NCBI GenBank assembly: GCA_002633005.1
Contig: NMRA01000288.1
Coordinates: forward strand, 322,300 to 386,299
Source of the DNA: Phoronis australis
Lineage: Eukaryota > Animalia > Phoronida
Direction: 5' to 3'
Length of the DNA: 64,000 nucleotides
The notes below the pieces were generated by a model, which worked only from the letters and a program-made list of their open reading frames with translations, was not told the DNA's origin and did not search any database. Position numbers and translations under genes: made by a program. Every line of letters begins with the position of its first letter. Within the stretch, counting starts at the first letter, position 1. Below, one piece after another: positions 24,975 through 37,900 of this stretch.

Positions 24975-26453
24975 TACAGCAAAACCACTGACACTGAATA
25001 ATTTAAAGATTGATCATACCGCAATATATAGATAGTGAGTACCGTCTCTAGCTGGCTCAGTAGAGACAGTGTAGCTCCTATAGGCGCTTCATACGCTGGA
25101 AGCTTTTCGGCGAATTATGCCTCACACTGACTAAAACATCAAAATCAACACCTTCCAACTCAAACAAATACTTCCGTTATCAAACTTTTGCTTCAAGCAG
25201 TTCTTCGTTCAGTTCCCAGCATTGCACGCGTCAGGTGGTATTACGCCATATCCCCAGGCGTGCACTAGTTGTCTGGCCAATTGGAGGGTTGGTGTAACCA
25301 TACAAGCAAATGTGATTGATGATTCTCTGCACTTTTTTGAACAAGAATGGTGATTCAATTCTTCCAGGGAAAAGGTGAAAAAACATTTCTTGAGTGCCTG
25401 CATATTCTGTATTATTAAAAAGAAGAACACTTTCTTGGAGTGAATGGATATTGTATCAATTACTGAGCAAGAGTCGTAAAGTGCCGTAGCCATGTTCTAA
25501 ATTTTTGAAAAGGGCAAGTATGAATTTACGGTAATTTTCCACTTATTTCGTATACTTGTCTCATTTCACCCACCCAAAATTACTTAGAAAAAAATTTGCC
25601 CCTCACTTCTTTTGCACAAATCTTATTAGACTTGAGAATTTTTTATCTCACCTAATTCCCCCACAGTTTTGCATTTTGGAAAATACTAAAGCAAATCCAC
25701 ATCATTAATCCTAGTAAAACACACCTCTTTAATTGTGTTAACAATGTCTGAATATTGTATGTTCTCTACGTAGTTCAGCATTCACATTAATTTTGATATC
25801 TCATGCTGTTGTAAGCACAAGGTAAAGAATTACCTAAAAGTGTGTAACTGCGAGAAGTATGCACTCAACAAAGTTTCTCACCAATGATGGGATAAAGTAC
25901 TTTTATATTAAAACTGAAATAAACTGCTTTTGTGTAAGAACAGGATATACCGGTAATAACTTAATCACTGTTAATTGGATTGTGTGGGCAAACCTAGGCG
26001 CCATTTAATTACATTTGCAAACGGCAAGTGGCGATGCTTTTTTACAAACTCAGTTAATTTCGTACACCCGCCAATTACAGTCTGTATACCGATACAGTTG
26101 CTTTATTTGGCTCACCTCAACTATCAGGAAAATCTATATGTATTAATTTGTGCCACTGTAAGTTGGAGACTTTCTGTGCTCTTTTTAACATATACTTGGA
26201 TAGGGGAAAGGGGGCCACCCTCATTGTAAATATCACATTAATAATAAAATAATAATAAATAAATAAATAAGATAGGGTAATTCAATTGTCTCTTCATTGC
26301 CATTTCGGTTATTGTATGTGGACAAATAATATAATGTTAATCTTGTTTCTTTTCAGTTTAGAGTTTTTGAGACTGTTTTCACCTTTTAACTGCTTTGAAT
26401 TCACTGACTGGTTGCTGTGGTGTCTAATGCTTTGTCCCGCTTTTGGCTCATAG

Positions 26454-29055
26454 CTTCAACTCCTCCATTGCACGATGTAATAAAACCTTTGGCTTGGTTG
26501 ATCGGGAAATGGAAGTCGGAGACCGGCAAGGGTTACTTTCCAACGATTGATGATTTCTCTTATGGAGAAGAACTCGAGTTCTTCCATGTGGGACAGCCAA
26601 ATTTACAGTTCAGGTTTGTGTCAACTGAATTTTTAGGTGTTGCACTGTCTCTGATCTTGCAAGTAAACTCTGGTATGAGATCTTATCTGGTGGATCATAG
26701 GTGATTATCAGGCTGGTAAACAGTCTGACCATTTGTAGAAAACCATTGCTCAGTAGTATGAAATTATAGACCATCACTTATGATAAACCTTGCATGATAT
26801 CAACCATCATTTTATCAACCATTTACGTTATATCATACTATCCATATGACTTCATAGAAATGGATGCTATGAATTCATATAAAATCTTTAATAGTAAATG
26901 TAACATCAACCAACATTGCCAGTGTTGGTGCTTGACACGACCTGGCTTTTTTCAAAGATTCTACTAATCTCATTTTGTAAGATCTCACCCAGAACTGTTT
27001 CATTCACCTGTTGTTTGTGTCATATTTATCACTTTATGTAGGATGTGTAGCGTGGTTACTCGGCTGACTGGTGGCAAGGTGCTGAAAGGCATGTTGTAAC
27101 TATAGGGTAACTCATTCTTTTGTGAGTAGACATGACGTAAAACACATCTTCACTATGTCACATGATCAATCTTTCTCCAGTTATCTCCCCTGAAGCATTA
27201 AAGTAAATTAAAATTCTCCAATATGTGCAGTCTTGAAAATTTGGGACATAGAAATTCAAGCTGAATTTTTTCTCAAAATATCAGTCACCGACTTTTGTGT
27301 CAGAAATAGACTTAGCCATTCATAAAATCATTGAACATAGCTGCAAATGCAACATTTTCATGCATACCTATAGTGTGTAACGTTTAAGTGAAGAATTGTT
27401 TGTCTGTTGTAAACAGTGAATTTCGTACAGCAAGTATTGCCTATTTTTAAAATGTGGTTTGAGGAAAATAATTAAATTTTCACTGTCCCAAACCAGAGAC
27501 TGTATTGCAGACATGCTATTGTTTAGCAGAAACTTGTTCCAAGCTTTTGATAATTGACAAGGGTTGCATAGCATTATTTTGCTTTAAAAACTCATGGGTT
27601 TCACTTTTAGTCGTATTTAAAAAAAAAGAAACTAGCCGTATTGTATCAAAAAATCCTCTTTTCTTGCCAGTTACATTCTGCTTGCGGAAAACGTTTTCTG
27701 TCAGTATGTTCATCACAACCTTAGTTCACCATGACCAGACCAATGTAACTCTTTTTAGATTCTGATTTTTATTCTTGCATTTAACGTGTTTTTTATTTCA
27801 TTCTTTCCATTTGCAGTTCGTCTTCTTGGGATGGTAAAACAAAGAAGAAATTACACAGGGAATGTGGGTTCTTGAGACTCCAGCCAGGCACTGCTAACGT
27901 TGCCTTGATATGTGCTCAAAATGCAGGTTTGAAGTCATAAGTCATATAATTTGGTACATGCTGTAGCTGGACTTAAGGTTAAAACACTGGAAACCTGACT
28001 ACGTAGTAGTGGGTACATTCCATCTTCAGTAGATCTTATTTTTTGAAAGGTTTTTGCAACAGTGTCCCTACTTTCATATGATAGGCGCAATGTTCAAAGT
28101 ACTCATAAAACTCGGACACTCAATATTTTTGAAGAACAACCATTTGATTGGAATAAGTAGGTTACTAATTGAGTTATAACCTTTAATAAAGGCTGTAATA
28201 AACATCAAGTCATGCATTTATTCATTGCCTGCTAATGCCGGTCTCACGTTTTCCAGTCCTGTTCGCCCGCATGATTTTGAAATTCTGTTCCCAAGACACC
28301 TTGTGGATTAAATGTGCAGATAAAACATTTTTGACCTTTTTTATTGTGGTCCCTCATTTTATCTTTTGATTTTGTCAATAATGCAATGTTTTAACAAAAA
28401 CAAAATTAAAAAAATCTTTCGTAACAGGTCTTGCTGAGGTTGAGGAAGGTCAATTGGTAGACCATCATATATCACTGGAATCTCACAATGTTGGCCGACT
28501 CAGCTTCGGAAAACCCCCAGCAGTGAGAAAAGTAAGGAACTTTATTATCCCGTTTCCTCATGATTTAAGGAGTTTAAAGAATGCCAATGAAGTTTATTTT
28601 GTAGATATGCTGAGAACCTGCTGAAATGAGCTATGTCATTTTTCTCACAAAGCCTTGTTTGCTGACACTATGTTCATTTTGGGAAACCCTACAAACTGTT
28701 GTTCTAACTGTGTCTTTAGATGTGGGATGATGGATTGACATTTGGAAACCTTTCTGAATGCGAGCTTATGGAACTCTATTTGGAGAATCCTGTTTGATGA
28801 AATTTATGAAAATATTAAATTTAGGTAACAGTGTTTATTTATAAATAATTCTGTGTTAATTTCCTTCTTTTGATCTTGCTGCTAGCTTACTTTTACTTGA
28901 AGGTATATATTCTTATAGCCTTTTTATCTCTCATTTAGATTAAAAGAAGTTTCAAACTCCTTGATGATGGTAACTTGGAACAAGTGGTTGATATGGAAAC
29001 TGAAGACACACCCATGACAGAACATTTAAGAATTACGTACCAGAAGATACAGTGA
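26454..29055 (+). CDS. THAP4: Nitrobindin (heme beta-barrel, peroxynitrite isomerase), THAP4 C-terminal-domain orthologue; first exon not firmly identified
   Basis: Exons 26454-26613 (PLHDVIKPLAWLIGKWKSETGKGYFPTIDDFSYGEELEFFHVGQP), 27817-27926 (LHRECGFLRLQPGT..VALICAQNAG), 28428-28531 (LAEVEEG...RLSFGKPP) and 28939-29055 (LEQVVDMET..TPMTEHLRITYQK, with the conserved heme-ligand His). All splice phases agree. AATAAA at about 29249. Confidence 0.93.
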
Positions 29056-29280
29056 TTCAGATACTTTTGGCCAGTTTGATTTACTTTTTGTCAGACAAAT
29101 TGTTAAAGGTGCCAACAAAGATTGTAACTGATGTCCAAAAATGATCTAGAGTAGAGAGAGCTTACCATAAATTATAAAATTGGTCTCGAATTGTTCCTGA
29201 TATCTAGGCTTAGAGAATGACTGATTATTAATGCTCGACACCTGACTCAATAAATTGGCTATGTACCTGAAGCATGACAT

Positions 29281-29390
29281 GAGGAGGCAGTGTGCCCTAG
29301 TGGGATAAGTGTCGCTTCCTTTACTCAAGGTCGTGGGTTGAAATCCCACTGGGACACACTGCTAGACCCTTGAGTCATGTCTTTTAGCTC
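29281..29390 (+). mobile_element. tRNA-derived SINE head
   Basis: Pol III A-box-like GTGCCCTAGTGG and B-box-like GGTTGAAATCCC followed by a non-tRNA body. A homologous copy lies at 51108-51270. Confidence 0.75.
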
Positions 29391-29396
29391 AGAACA

Positions 29397-30045
29397 GGCA
29401 TTTCAACTAATTCAACTATTCCCACTAATCACTGCGCCACCTGTGGGCAGGTAGAGAACATACATGACATCATCAACAGGCTCACAATTTTAGAAACTCC
29501 AAACACGTATTTCAACTAATTCAACTATTCCCACTAATCGCTGCGCCACCTGCAGGCAGACAGACAAAGTACATAACGCCAGCAAAAGGGTCACCAGGCT
29601 CACATCTTGAGAGACACAGAAAAAGCATTTCAACTATTCCCACTAATCGATGCGCCAACTGCAGGCAAGTCAGTGACTCCGGACTTTGTGTCTCACATTC
29701 CCAGTAATACTTGAGATGGCGCTACAATTGGTAGAATTAGTTGAATTAGTTGAATAGCTCAGTGCTGGATAGGTTGAGATGACTTGGGATTAGTTGGATT
29801 CAATAAAACTTCAACTATTCCTACTTATCGCTGCGTCACCTGTGGACAGGTGGATAACTTACACCACGTCATCCACAAGGTCAATGTTAGAGACACCAAT
29901 CACGCAATTCAACTAATTCAACTCATTCCCACTAATCGCTGCGCCACCTGCAGGGGCAGTTTGATAACAAACATGATGTCAGCAACAGACTTGCATCAGT
30001 GGTAATGGCAGGATAAGTTGAGATAAGTTGGGATTAGTTGGGTAC
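29397..30045. repeat. Degenerate 110-120-bp repeat array with conserved TTCAACTAATTCAACTATTCCCACTAATCGCTGCGCCACCTG core
   Basis: Cores at about 29401, 29510, 29627, 29810 and 29908. Inverted partial cores at about 29735, 29785 and 30012. Confidence 0.85.
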
Positions 30046-30939
30046 AGCTAAACATTCTGACATGTATGGTCCTGGCCGCCATATTGAACCAAATCTCCCA
30101 CGTCTGCACTAGGCAAGGAGAATCCCGGGGATGCTGCCATCAGGAGTTGAGTTACTACCGTGAATCAACAAAGTTTCACGGAGAGTAAGAACGGACCAAG
30201 GGCTATCGCACTGACCGGTACCTGGGAGCTGTCTCAAGTTACTGTAGGTGTAACTACTGACAGAGTGAAAATACGAAATTCGATGAACAGAAGCTAGTCG
30301 CTGGGCAGCTCAGCCATGATTCATTTGAGAGAGGCAGCGTAGCTCCTACTTATCTGTCTGCGCTGGCTCCAAAGTAAAGATTTCTTTTATTGTGATCCAG
30401 TTTTAGGAAAACTTCATTTTATTCTGGTCATTCTTTGAAGGAATTTTTTGATAAGGTGAGGTCCCGAGATCTCTGGCATAGTACTTTTGGGACTATTTCA
30501 AAATCTCTTGCTGATCGAAACACGGCCGGTAGGTCAGTTTCTGGTGGCTGGGGTAAATGATTACAGAGTGAACTGCACCAAAAATGTACATGTTTCAACG
30601 CCTGGAGTTCAAATTAAGTTCCTTTGGATCACTGAGATTATGCGTTGCATCTTATTTTTAACGTGGTTGCGTTAGTGCTTCGTCTGTGTAGTAAGCAAAA
30701 GATTCAATTTCGAAGAACAAAAATTCATTGCGTATGATACTACTGAAAACTAAAAACATGAAGGGCAAGTTAAGGAACAATGAGCTTAATTTTATTTATT
30801 TGGGGACCTTTTTTTCAACCTATGGTTTGTGAATACAACCACTAATCTAGTTCCTAAGTCAATAAACAATTTTGGGACACTTTGCAGAGCTGCCTGACAT
30901 TCATCAATATCCTTGAGACTTATTTCAGATAGACACTGA

Positions 30940-31390
30940 GAAGTAGTTTAATGAACTTTGCTTTTTGGGATCTGGTGACAGATCGAATTTTCCCAATGTC
31001 AGCCTGCAACTAGGTTCACTGGAGCATCGTCATTTCTTACAAGAGCTTCAACTGTCAAAAAATCATGTATCAAAATCCCGGCGTCAATTTTTGTAAATAC
31101 ACACACCATGTAAATCAGAAATCAACAATCGATTTCATGAGCAATGCGTTTACGTTGATTTAATGAACAATGCATTTATTGCCATTCGAATCGTGAGATA
31201 TTTATGGGAACTGTCCGATCAGTGTACTTCACTTTTTGGGGATCTGATTATAGAGTTTTTCCAACTTCAGGCTGCAACTTAAATTTACCGAAACGTCATC
31301 AGTTCTTAGTAGATTAGCTTCTAACTGTCAAAATCTATGAATCTATCGATTTTCGTAGATACATAACCACACAAATCAACAATCAACAAA
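30940..31390. repeat. Old diverged tandem duplication, period about 270 bp
   Basis: GGGATCTG...CTGCAACT...AACTGTCAAAA...AATCAACAA occurs colinearly at about 30967-31130 and 31239-31390. Confidence 0.7.
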
Positions 31391-31684
31391 TTTGCTTATC
31401 AAAACGGAATGTTATAAGCAATTTCAGGAGGCATGCCCGCAGATTTTTGACGGGTAACCGGGGGAACACTGGGAGATGGGGCATTCGTATTAAGGTGTAT
31501 TTTTGCTCATTTGAGAGTAGAAAGGGTCACGAGATAAATTTGAATTCCAAAAAACAGCTGAAACCTTTGTTTATGATTGCGAGAGTACTTTGAGTAACCG
31601 ACACGGTCATCGTAAATTGTAGCCCCGACAGTCTTTTCGTGGGAAAAAAGGTGGACGTCCTCGAAAATAGGTACAGAAGGGACA

Positions 31685-32330
31685 ATGATTATTATACATG
31701 GTATGAAGGAGGAGGTCAACGAGTCATGTGACAAAACTGCTCAATTGGTTCAGCAAGTGGCTGATGATTTATCAATTGGTGAGTTGTTGTGTCTATTGAT
31801 CGTGCACACCGTCTTTGAAAGACGGTGTGCACGGTCCAAAAAAAAACAGAAAAATGCAAAACAGAAATCGACCAATAACCGCAAAAGTATGGCGGCGACA
31901 AACCAATCTGTTCTCATGAGCGTAGAGACCTGCCAGAATGGGTACACATAGCTGGAGATTTCTCATGGCGAGTCAGAGTGGCCAGAAAAAAAGTTATACA
32001 CATTCTCATGCGCGCACCCAGGAGGGGGGGGGATCGAATGAGCCCCCCAATTGGCGAAGTGGGCAAAAAGGTCCGCCTGTGAGAAATAATGAGACAAAAA
32101 GTTCGCTAAACAAGTACAAACGCACAATTCACAGTGGTGCGTCCGTTTTTTTTTTTGTTAGTCCGCCCGTCTATTTGTTGCCAAACGGTCCACAACGTTA
32201 GGAATTCGAGCCCCCCATATTGAAGGCTGGGTGCCCACATGCATTCAAAATGGAGAACAGGGTGGAACATGCTAAAGTCACATTCGACAAGATGATCAGC
32301 GGTAAGGAAATCTGTTACTATGACGAAGCC
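31685..32330 (+). pseudogene. Non-LTR retrotransposon ORF1 remnant (L1/CR1-type RRM region), interrupted by a MITE
   Basis: Fragments in shifting frames: IIIHGMKEEVNESC, SIDRAHRL*, DLPEWV and AKVTFDKMI.GK. These are motifs typical of LINE ORF1p. Confidence 0.65.
32007..32241. mobile_element. hAT-like MITE (family B)
   Basis: TIRs CATGCGCGCACCCAG ... CTGGGTGCCCACATG with flanks CATTCT / CATTCA. Homologues at 37169-37426 and 43330-43424. Confidence 0.8.
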
Positions 32331-33002
32331 TGAGGAAGACATGGTCAAACGGTCAAACGAAAAACAGATTTTCGAAGGCCAGTCGGACAGATCGAGGTAC
32401 CAATGTTGTGGGTATTCCTAATTACAAACAACTCCTAATAACGATCTTCAAAAGAAATACTATTCTGTGATATCGAGGGAAAGAAGTAAATAAACATTTT
32501 AAAACTAACCATCGGAAATAGTCCTTTTGTGTTATTCACAAATGGTGATCTTCACTTAAAATTCTACCTTTTCGATGGTGGTCAATCCTATTGTATTTTC
32601 ACATTTTTGGTCGAATGTCTTGATACTGCTGTGCTGTGCACGAATGTTGTGTTTTTTGACGAATTTGGAATCTGACATTCTCCTCGTGAATACTTGGCAG
32701 TGTCGGATTTGCATGTTTAGGAGGACAAAATGACATTTCCCCACTGGCAAACGGCTCCACCAAAAGAGCTAGGGTGCCGTCTGAAATGGGACACCTCAAG
32801 ATGAAAGGCTAAACATCATTAAGCTTGGAAAAGAGTGACAGTTCATTCCAGGAACTGACCTTCTTCAACGCCGGTTACAGCAGGTTGCACGATTTCACAA
32901 AAAAACAGGAAAATAGGTTTAATCGATTCCAACATTTGGCCCTCTCACCGTGAGTGGGTTCCCTAGTTAAGAATTTGCCAATAAAACACAAAAGAGTAGC
33001 CA

Positions 33003-34297
33003 CTTGAATGTCATCAATGGTACCCTTCAAGGGCTGGGACCTTAGGCCTAAATATGAAAATATCTATATTTTAGAAAATCACGAAATGCGCACCAATTGA
33101 TGTTATCTGTCAAGTCCTCACTTTTTCTCAAGTGATGCACAATTTCTAGAAAAAAAATAAAGCGACACAGTTGTCTCCGTTATCCCTTGCCACTGAGCCA
33201 GGGAGGGGCCTCTGAAAGACTATAGTTTTGCACTCCCAGAGTTGTCTTATTGAATTTGAAAATTAAAAAGCTGCGCAAAAGCTTCGCTTTACAAATCTTT
33301 CTCGATTTTTCGAAGTGCATTAATTATTAGTGCAGGTTTTCGAGTGCGTTTCGACTACCTGTGCTGGAAAAACGGAGCCCCTAACAACAATTTCTTGGCC
33401 AGGGTCCTCAAAAGGTAAACCAAGCACTGATACTGAGTTGTCAAATGTTCTTTTGAATTTTTCTCTGTATCCGTACATCGCAGTCTTTCCGCTCGGCTGT
33501 CCCCGGCCCCACGCCGATGTCGGGTTGCCACTGACGACGGTTTAACTGCCGGAGTGCCTGCAAATTTTTTAGGGCACGTGGCCGCACTCTTCCTACGGCC
33601 CTGGAGGTGTGTATGACTATAGAACGTTAGGTATGATCATTATGAGCAANCTTGAATGTCATCAATGGTACCCTTCAAGGGCTGGGACCTTAGGCCTAAA
33701 TATGAAAATATCTATATTTTAGAAAATCACGAAATGCGCACCAATTGATGTTATCTGTCAAGTCCTCACTTTTTCTCAAGTGATGCACAATTTCTAGAAA
33801 AAAAATAAAGCGACACAGTTGTCTCCGTTATCCCTTGCCACTGAGCCAGGGAGGGGCCTCTGAAAGACTATAGTTTTGCACTCCCAGAGTTGTCTTATTG
33901 AATTTGAAAATTAAAAAGCTGCGCAAAAGCTTCGCTTTACAAATCTTTCTCGATTTTTCGAAGTGCATTAATTATTAGTGCAGGTTTTCGAGTGCGTTTC
34001 GCCTGTGCTGGAAAAACGGAGCCCCTAACAACAATTTCTTGGCCAGGGTCCTCAAAAGGTAAACCATGCACTGATACTGAGTTGTCAAATGTTCTTTTGA
34101 ATTTTTCTCTGTATCCGTACATCGCAGTCTTTCCACTCGGCTGTCCCCGGCCCGGCCCACGCCGATGTCGGGTTGCCACTGGCGACGGTTTAACTGCCGG
34201 AGTGCCTGCAAATTTTTTAGGGCACGTGGCCGCACTCTTCCTACGGCCCTGGAGGTGTGTATGACTATAGAACGTTAGGTATGATCATTATGAGCAA
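33003..34297. repeat. About 650-bp direct duplication across a single N, probably two alleles assembled in tandem
   Basis: 33003-33649 and 33651-34297 differ only by a few SNPs and small indels and meet exactly at the n at 33650. Confidence 0.9.
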
Positions 34298-34943
34298 TTT
34301 TTTTCTAATGCACTAACTTGGATAATCTGTACTGCAAAAAAGTCCTCAGCGCCGACTACCACTCAACAAACACTGTGTCCTTAAAGGGTAGCAAATGCCT
34401 ACTGCTGAAGTTATTTTTTTTCTCTTGAAACACGTTTCAGTCTCGACTGCTGCCACAGTTTCGCTTCTGTCCCCTTTGAAAATTATACGATATGCACTGT
34501 ACTCCCCCCCCCCCCCCCCNTTATAACCTCTTTTTAAATACATAGGGCCTATAATATTTTGAAATTCCTGAACTGTCCGATGCACAAGAGAACACCTGAC
34601 TTCTTACTGAGCACTCGCGTACTAACGCAAAACTTTCGCGAGATATCGCAATGTGATACAACAGGGGAGCACGTGATTGCACAAGCTGTATGAAGAGCCA
34701 AAAGTTTTCAAACGAGCACCTTCCTATAGCGTTGAAATGTGCTTAATTAACTCATATGAATTGACTAAAAGTACGGGTTGATTAAGTAAAACTAAGCGTA
34801 TTCGTTCAAGCACACTTTGGCGCTTCATACTTTAGCGAGATTCTTTTTCTCATTTACTACGTAAGCCAACAACCGACTAGAGCGACGTCTTTCGTGAAAA
34901 TGTCTGTAAATTGTGAACAGCCGATAGGTAGCGTGTTAATAAA

Positions 34944-37900
34944 ATGTCGTCTGCTGCAGAACGTTTGGTGAGTACCGCCTATTATTCAAGTTTAAAAAGA
35001 AAATTTGATGCAAAATGAATGGCTTTTCCGATTCCAATTGATCAGTGAACAAGTTACAAACATTAATCATCAATGATTACAATGGCAATATTGGACAGGG
35101 TTGTGAGTCCGGCTGACTGAGTTCGCCTGCTCAGTACCGTGCCCCGTGGCCGTGGAAAGGTCACTACGGTAACCGATAAGTTCCTAATCATTCCTGGTAT
35201 AATTTTTTTTCTTGCAGCTTGAAGTTGAAACCACAAACGAAGGTGGCGCAGGTGATGCATGTTCTGAGGGACAGAACAGGTATACGTTTCACTAATCTTT
35301 GCCTGCACAACGCCAGAAATGTAACATTCTTGATCCCCTAGGTGACGCTTTGCGCCATGTCCCTAACCAATCGTAACAACGCATAGTAAGGTTAAAGGTC
35401 AGGAAGCTTGGGCGCTAGTACCGTGAGCCCCACTGAAGTCAATATAGTCTGCAGAGCAATACTTGTCAAGTTTACAATAACAGTCTTTGGAATTTCTGGA
35501 ACGCCACAGTCTACAGTATGACAGTGCTAGCTGGGTCATTGGGGTCACAGCTCTAGGCCTACACATAAGCACAACAAAAGTGAATTGAACACCAGGCAGC
35601 CGGCGTGGGCTTGCAGCCTAAGCGGGCTGCCAAAGCGCTTTTTATTAATCTTCAGATGTTTGCCAATACATATTTGTGTCCGGAATCCACTCCAATGTAA
35701 CAGTATTAAATCAAGACGAAAGGACAACGTTCTGTGGATCACAAAACGAAACAACATTTTGAAGATAACCAGTATCAACTATACTCACAGGCGAAAAACC
35801 TGCATAAAACTGTATAAAATCCGACTTTTTTCAAACTTCGAAAGTATTTCTAAACTCATACCGGATGAGAAAATGAACATAACAGTTTCTTACCGATTCT
35901 GAGGTAATCTCTCATCTATACAGAGTGCAAATTCCATTGCAAGACAGCCGGGCGATCGGCAACATTTAATCTCACAGCACTGTACGTGGATCCATTTTCT
36001 GAACACAAGAGACGTGGAAAAATTTTCGAAAAACAGCATGAAATTTGGACCAGCAACCTCTGAGTACTCCTGGTAATCACCTCCGCTATCGGCAAATCCG
36101 ATGGCAAAATGAATTCAGCCACAAACTTGACTTCAAAATGAGCTATGCGCTCAAATATGGGCTTCCGGACGATCGTTAACATAGGCCTGAATGGGGCAAA
36201 CTTCAAACTTCAAGAGACGTGGAAAAATTTTCACCAATGACGCTGATATTTGGCAGTAACAAGTCTTAACATACACTCTATGCGACAGGCTATCGGCAAA
36301 TTGTGCAGTTATCTCCCCTCGCTTATAAATTCCTGATTATAGCCTGCTCTTGTGTATTTCTTATGGAGGGCTGCTGGCAAGATTTAGCGCATGCGCAGTA
36401 GTGCATGTTACAAATTTCTGGCGTTGATGTGTTCAAATCTACGGACGGTACACATCAGGTTCGGTGCTCATCCGGCTTTAGCCTATTCTTCATATAGCGT
36501 CATAGCGGGCCATAGTTTATAAGTCGTTTACTTGTACATCCTACGTACACTGGTTTACATGGGTGGTATTTCGTCCCTATAAAGTTATTAAATGAAGCCA
36601 TTCTAGTTGGTGTTTAAAAACATTCTCGCTCTACCATGGATTATTGTCGACTGGAGTAGCCGGCAACACATCTCAAGTCACAAGCAATGTGTACACTTTG
36701 ATGGTTTTGAAGTTCTTGCTCATGTAACGGCACACGCGTGCATCGGGAACGAAATGGGTTCCATTATGGCGAGGAATATTATGGGAGACCGATTTTATAA
36801 AAGTAAAAGGCTTATCTCTAGTCTGGGTTTTATTTTTAGCCAACCAGAGCAAAATCTAGCCCACCAGTCAGCTGCATGAAGATTATCAGCTTTGCACCAA
36901 GGCTCAGGCAAAATGCTGATTCTCTGCATGGAGATTAACTTGGGTAGTCAGTCGCGAAATTGCATGGTTGTAACTGAATACTGGAGTACGCACTAAAGTA
37001 CATGGAATGCAAGGCGGCGCTAATATATTTTACCATTGGTTATAGCTGTTTTTGTCAGTGCTTGCAATCAAAAATGGCAAGGACTTCTCCTTCTCCCAAA
37101 TGGAAACTTCAGAATCAACTTCACAAGGTAGCCAACGGTTGTCATGTTGGGACGATGACGATGTACTACATGGGCGCACCCAGGGGGGGGCTCGAACGAG
37201 CCCCCCAATTTGGCGAATTGGGGAAAAAGGTTCCGCCTCAGTGAAACAGAAAGTCCGAGTAAAGGCGACAAAAGTCCTCAAAGCCCACTGGAATTCGGCG
37301 CAGATGCACAATCCGTAAGCCTGAACCCAGTGGCCCCGTTTTTTTTATAGGGTCCTCGTTGGCAATAAAAGGTCCACATACCAAAAAATTCGAACCCCCC
37401 TATATTTTAGGTTGGGTGCACACATGTACTAGAAAATTACATGAAATTTTAATTTGACTCTTGAACACGCTAAGAGCTGATCCAAACTCGTTTTGGCATA
37501 CACTTTACGTTCAGTAATTTTTTTGATGTAAAAAATCCAGCACATACATGGATAAATTGAAACATATAATGCTTTTATACTGCCAAAATGATAACCGTTA
37601 TGATGATGTGTCAGTTACCAAGGTCATAAACCTTGGAAGTCAAGTGTCAGCATACAATTTTGGCCATGGAAAAGACTCCCATGAATGGGCCTAAAAAGGT
37701 AAACCCAGTTGCCTTGTCGTTTTGATTCTCACTTAAGTTCGGTGAAAGGTTTAACTGCGAAATCTTTTGCAGCCATGAATTGTTTAGCTGTCAAGGGAAC
37801 CGAAGTCTACAACCGCACGACGTGGTCTTGTCAGAAAAATGTACCAAGAAAAGAAAACTTGATGCAAGTTATTATTTTATAAATATTGAGCAATTTAAAA

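Noticed and set aside
26357-26453. Upstream acceptor at 26356 and GTG/ATG start for nitrobindin
   Set aside because: There is an in-frame stop upstream, the only ATG is out of frame, and the GTG start in the ORF track follows a prokaryotic convention.
29281-29355. tRNA gene (also 51108-51180)
   Set aside because: A/B boxes are present but there is no clean cloverleaf or anticodon arm, and homology between the copies continues past the tRNA-like part, as in SINEs.
29397-30045. CRISPR-like repeat/spacer appearance
   Set aside because: Eukaryotic context with no cas genes. Spacers are related to each other, spacing is irregular, and some cores are inverted.
33003-34297. Real tandem duplication and its ORFs (33330, 33937, 33975, 33992)
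   Set aside because: The junction is a single n and the differences look allelic. Indels between the copies break the frames and no protein family is recognisable.
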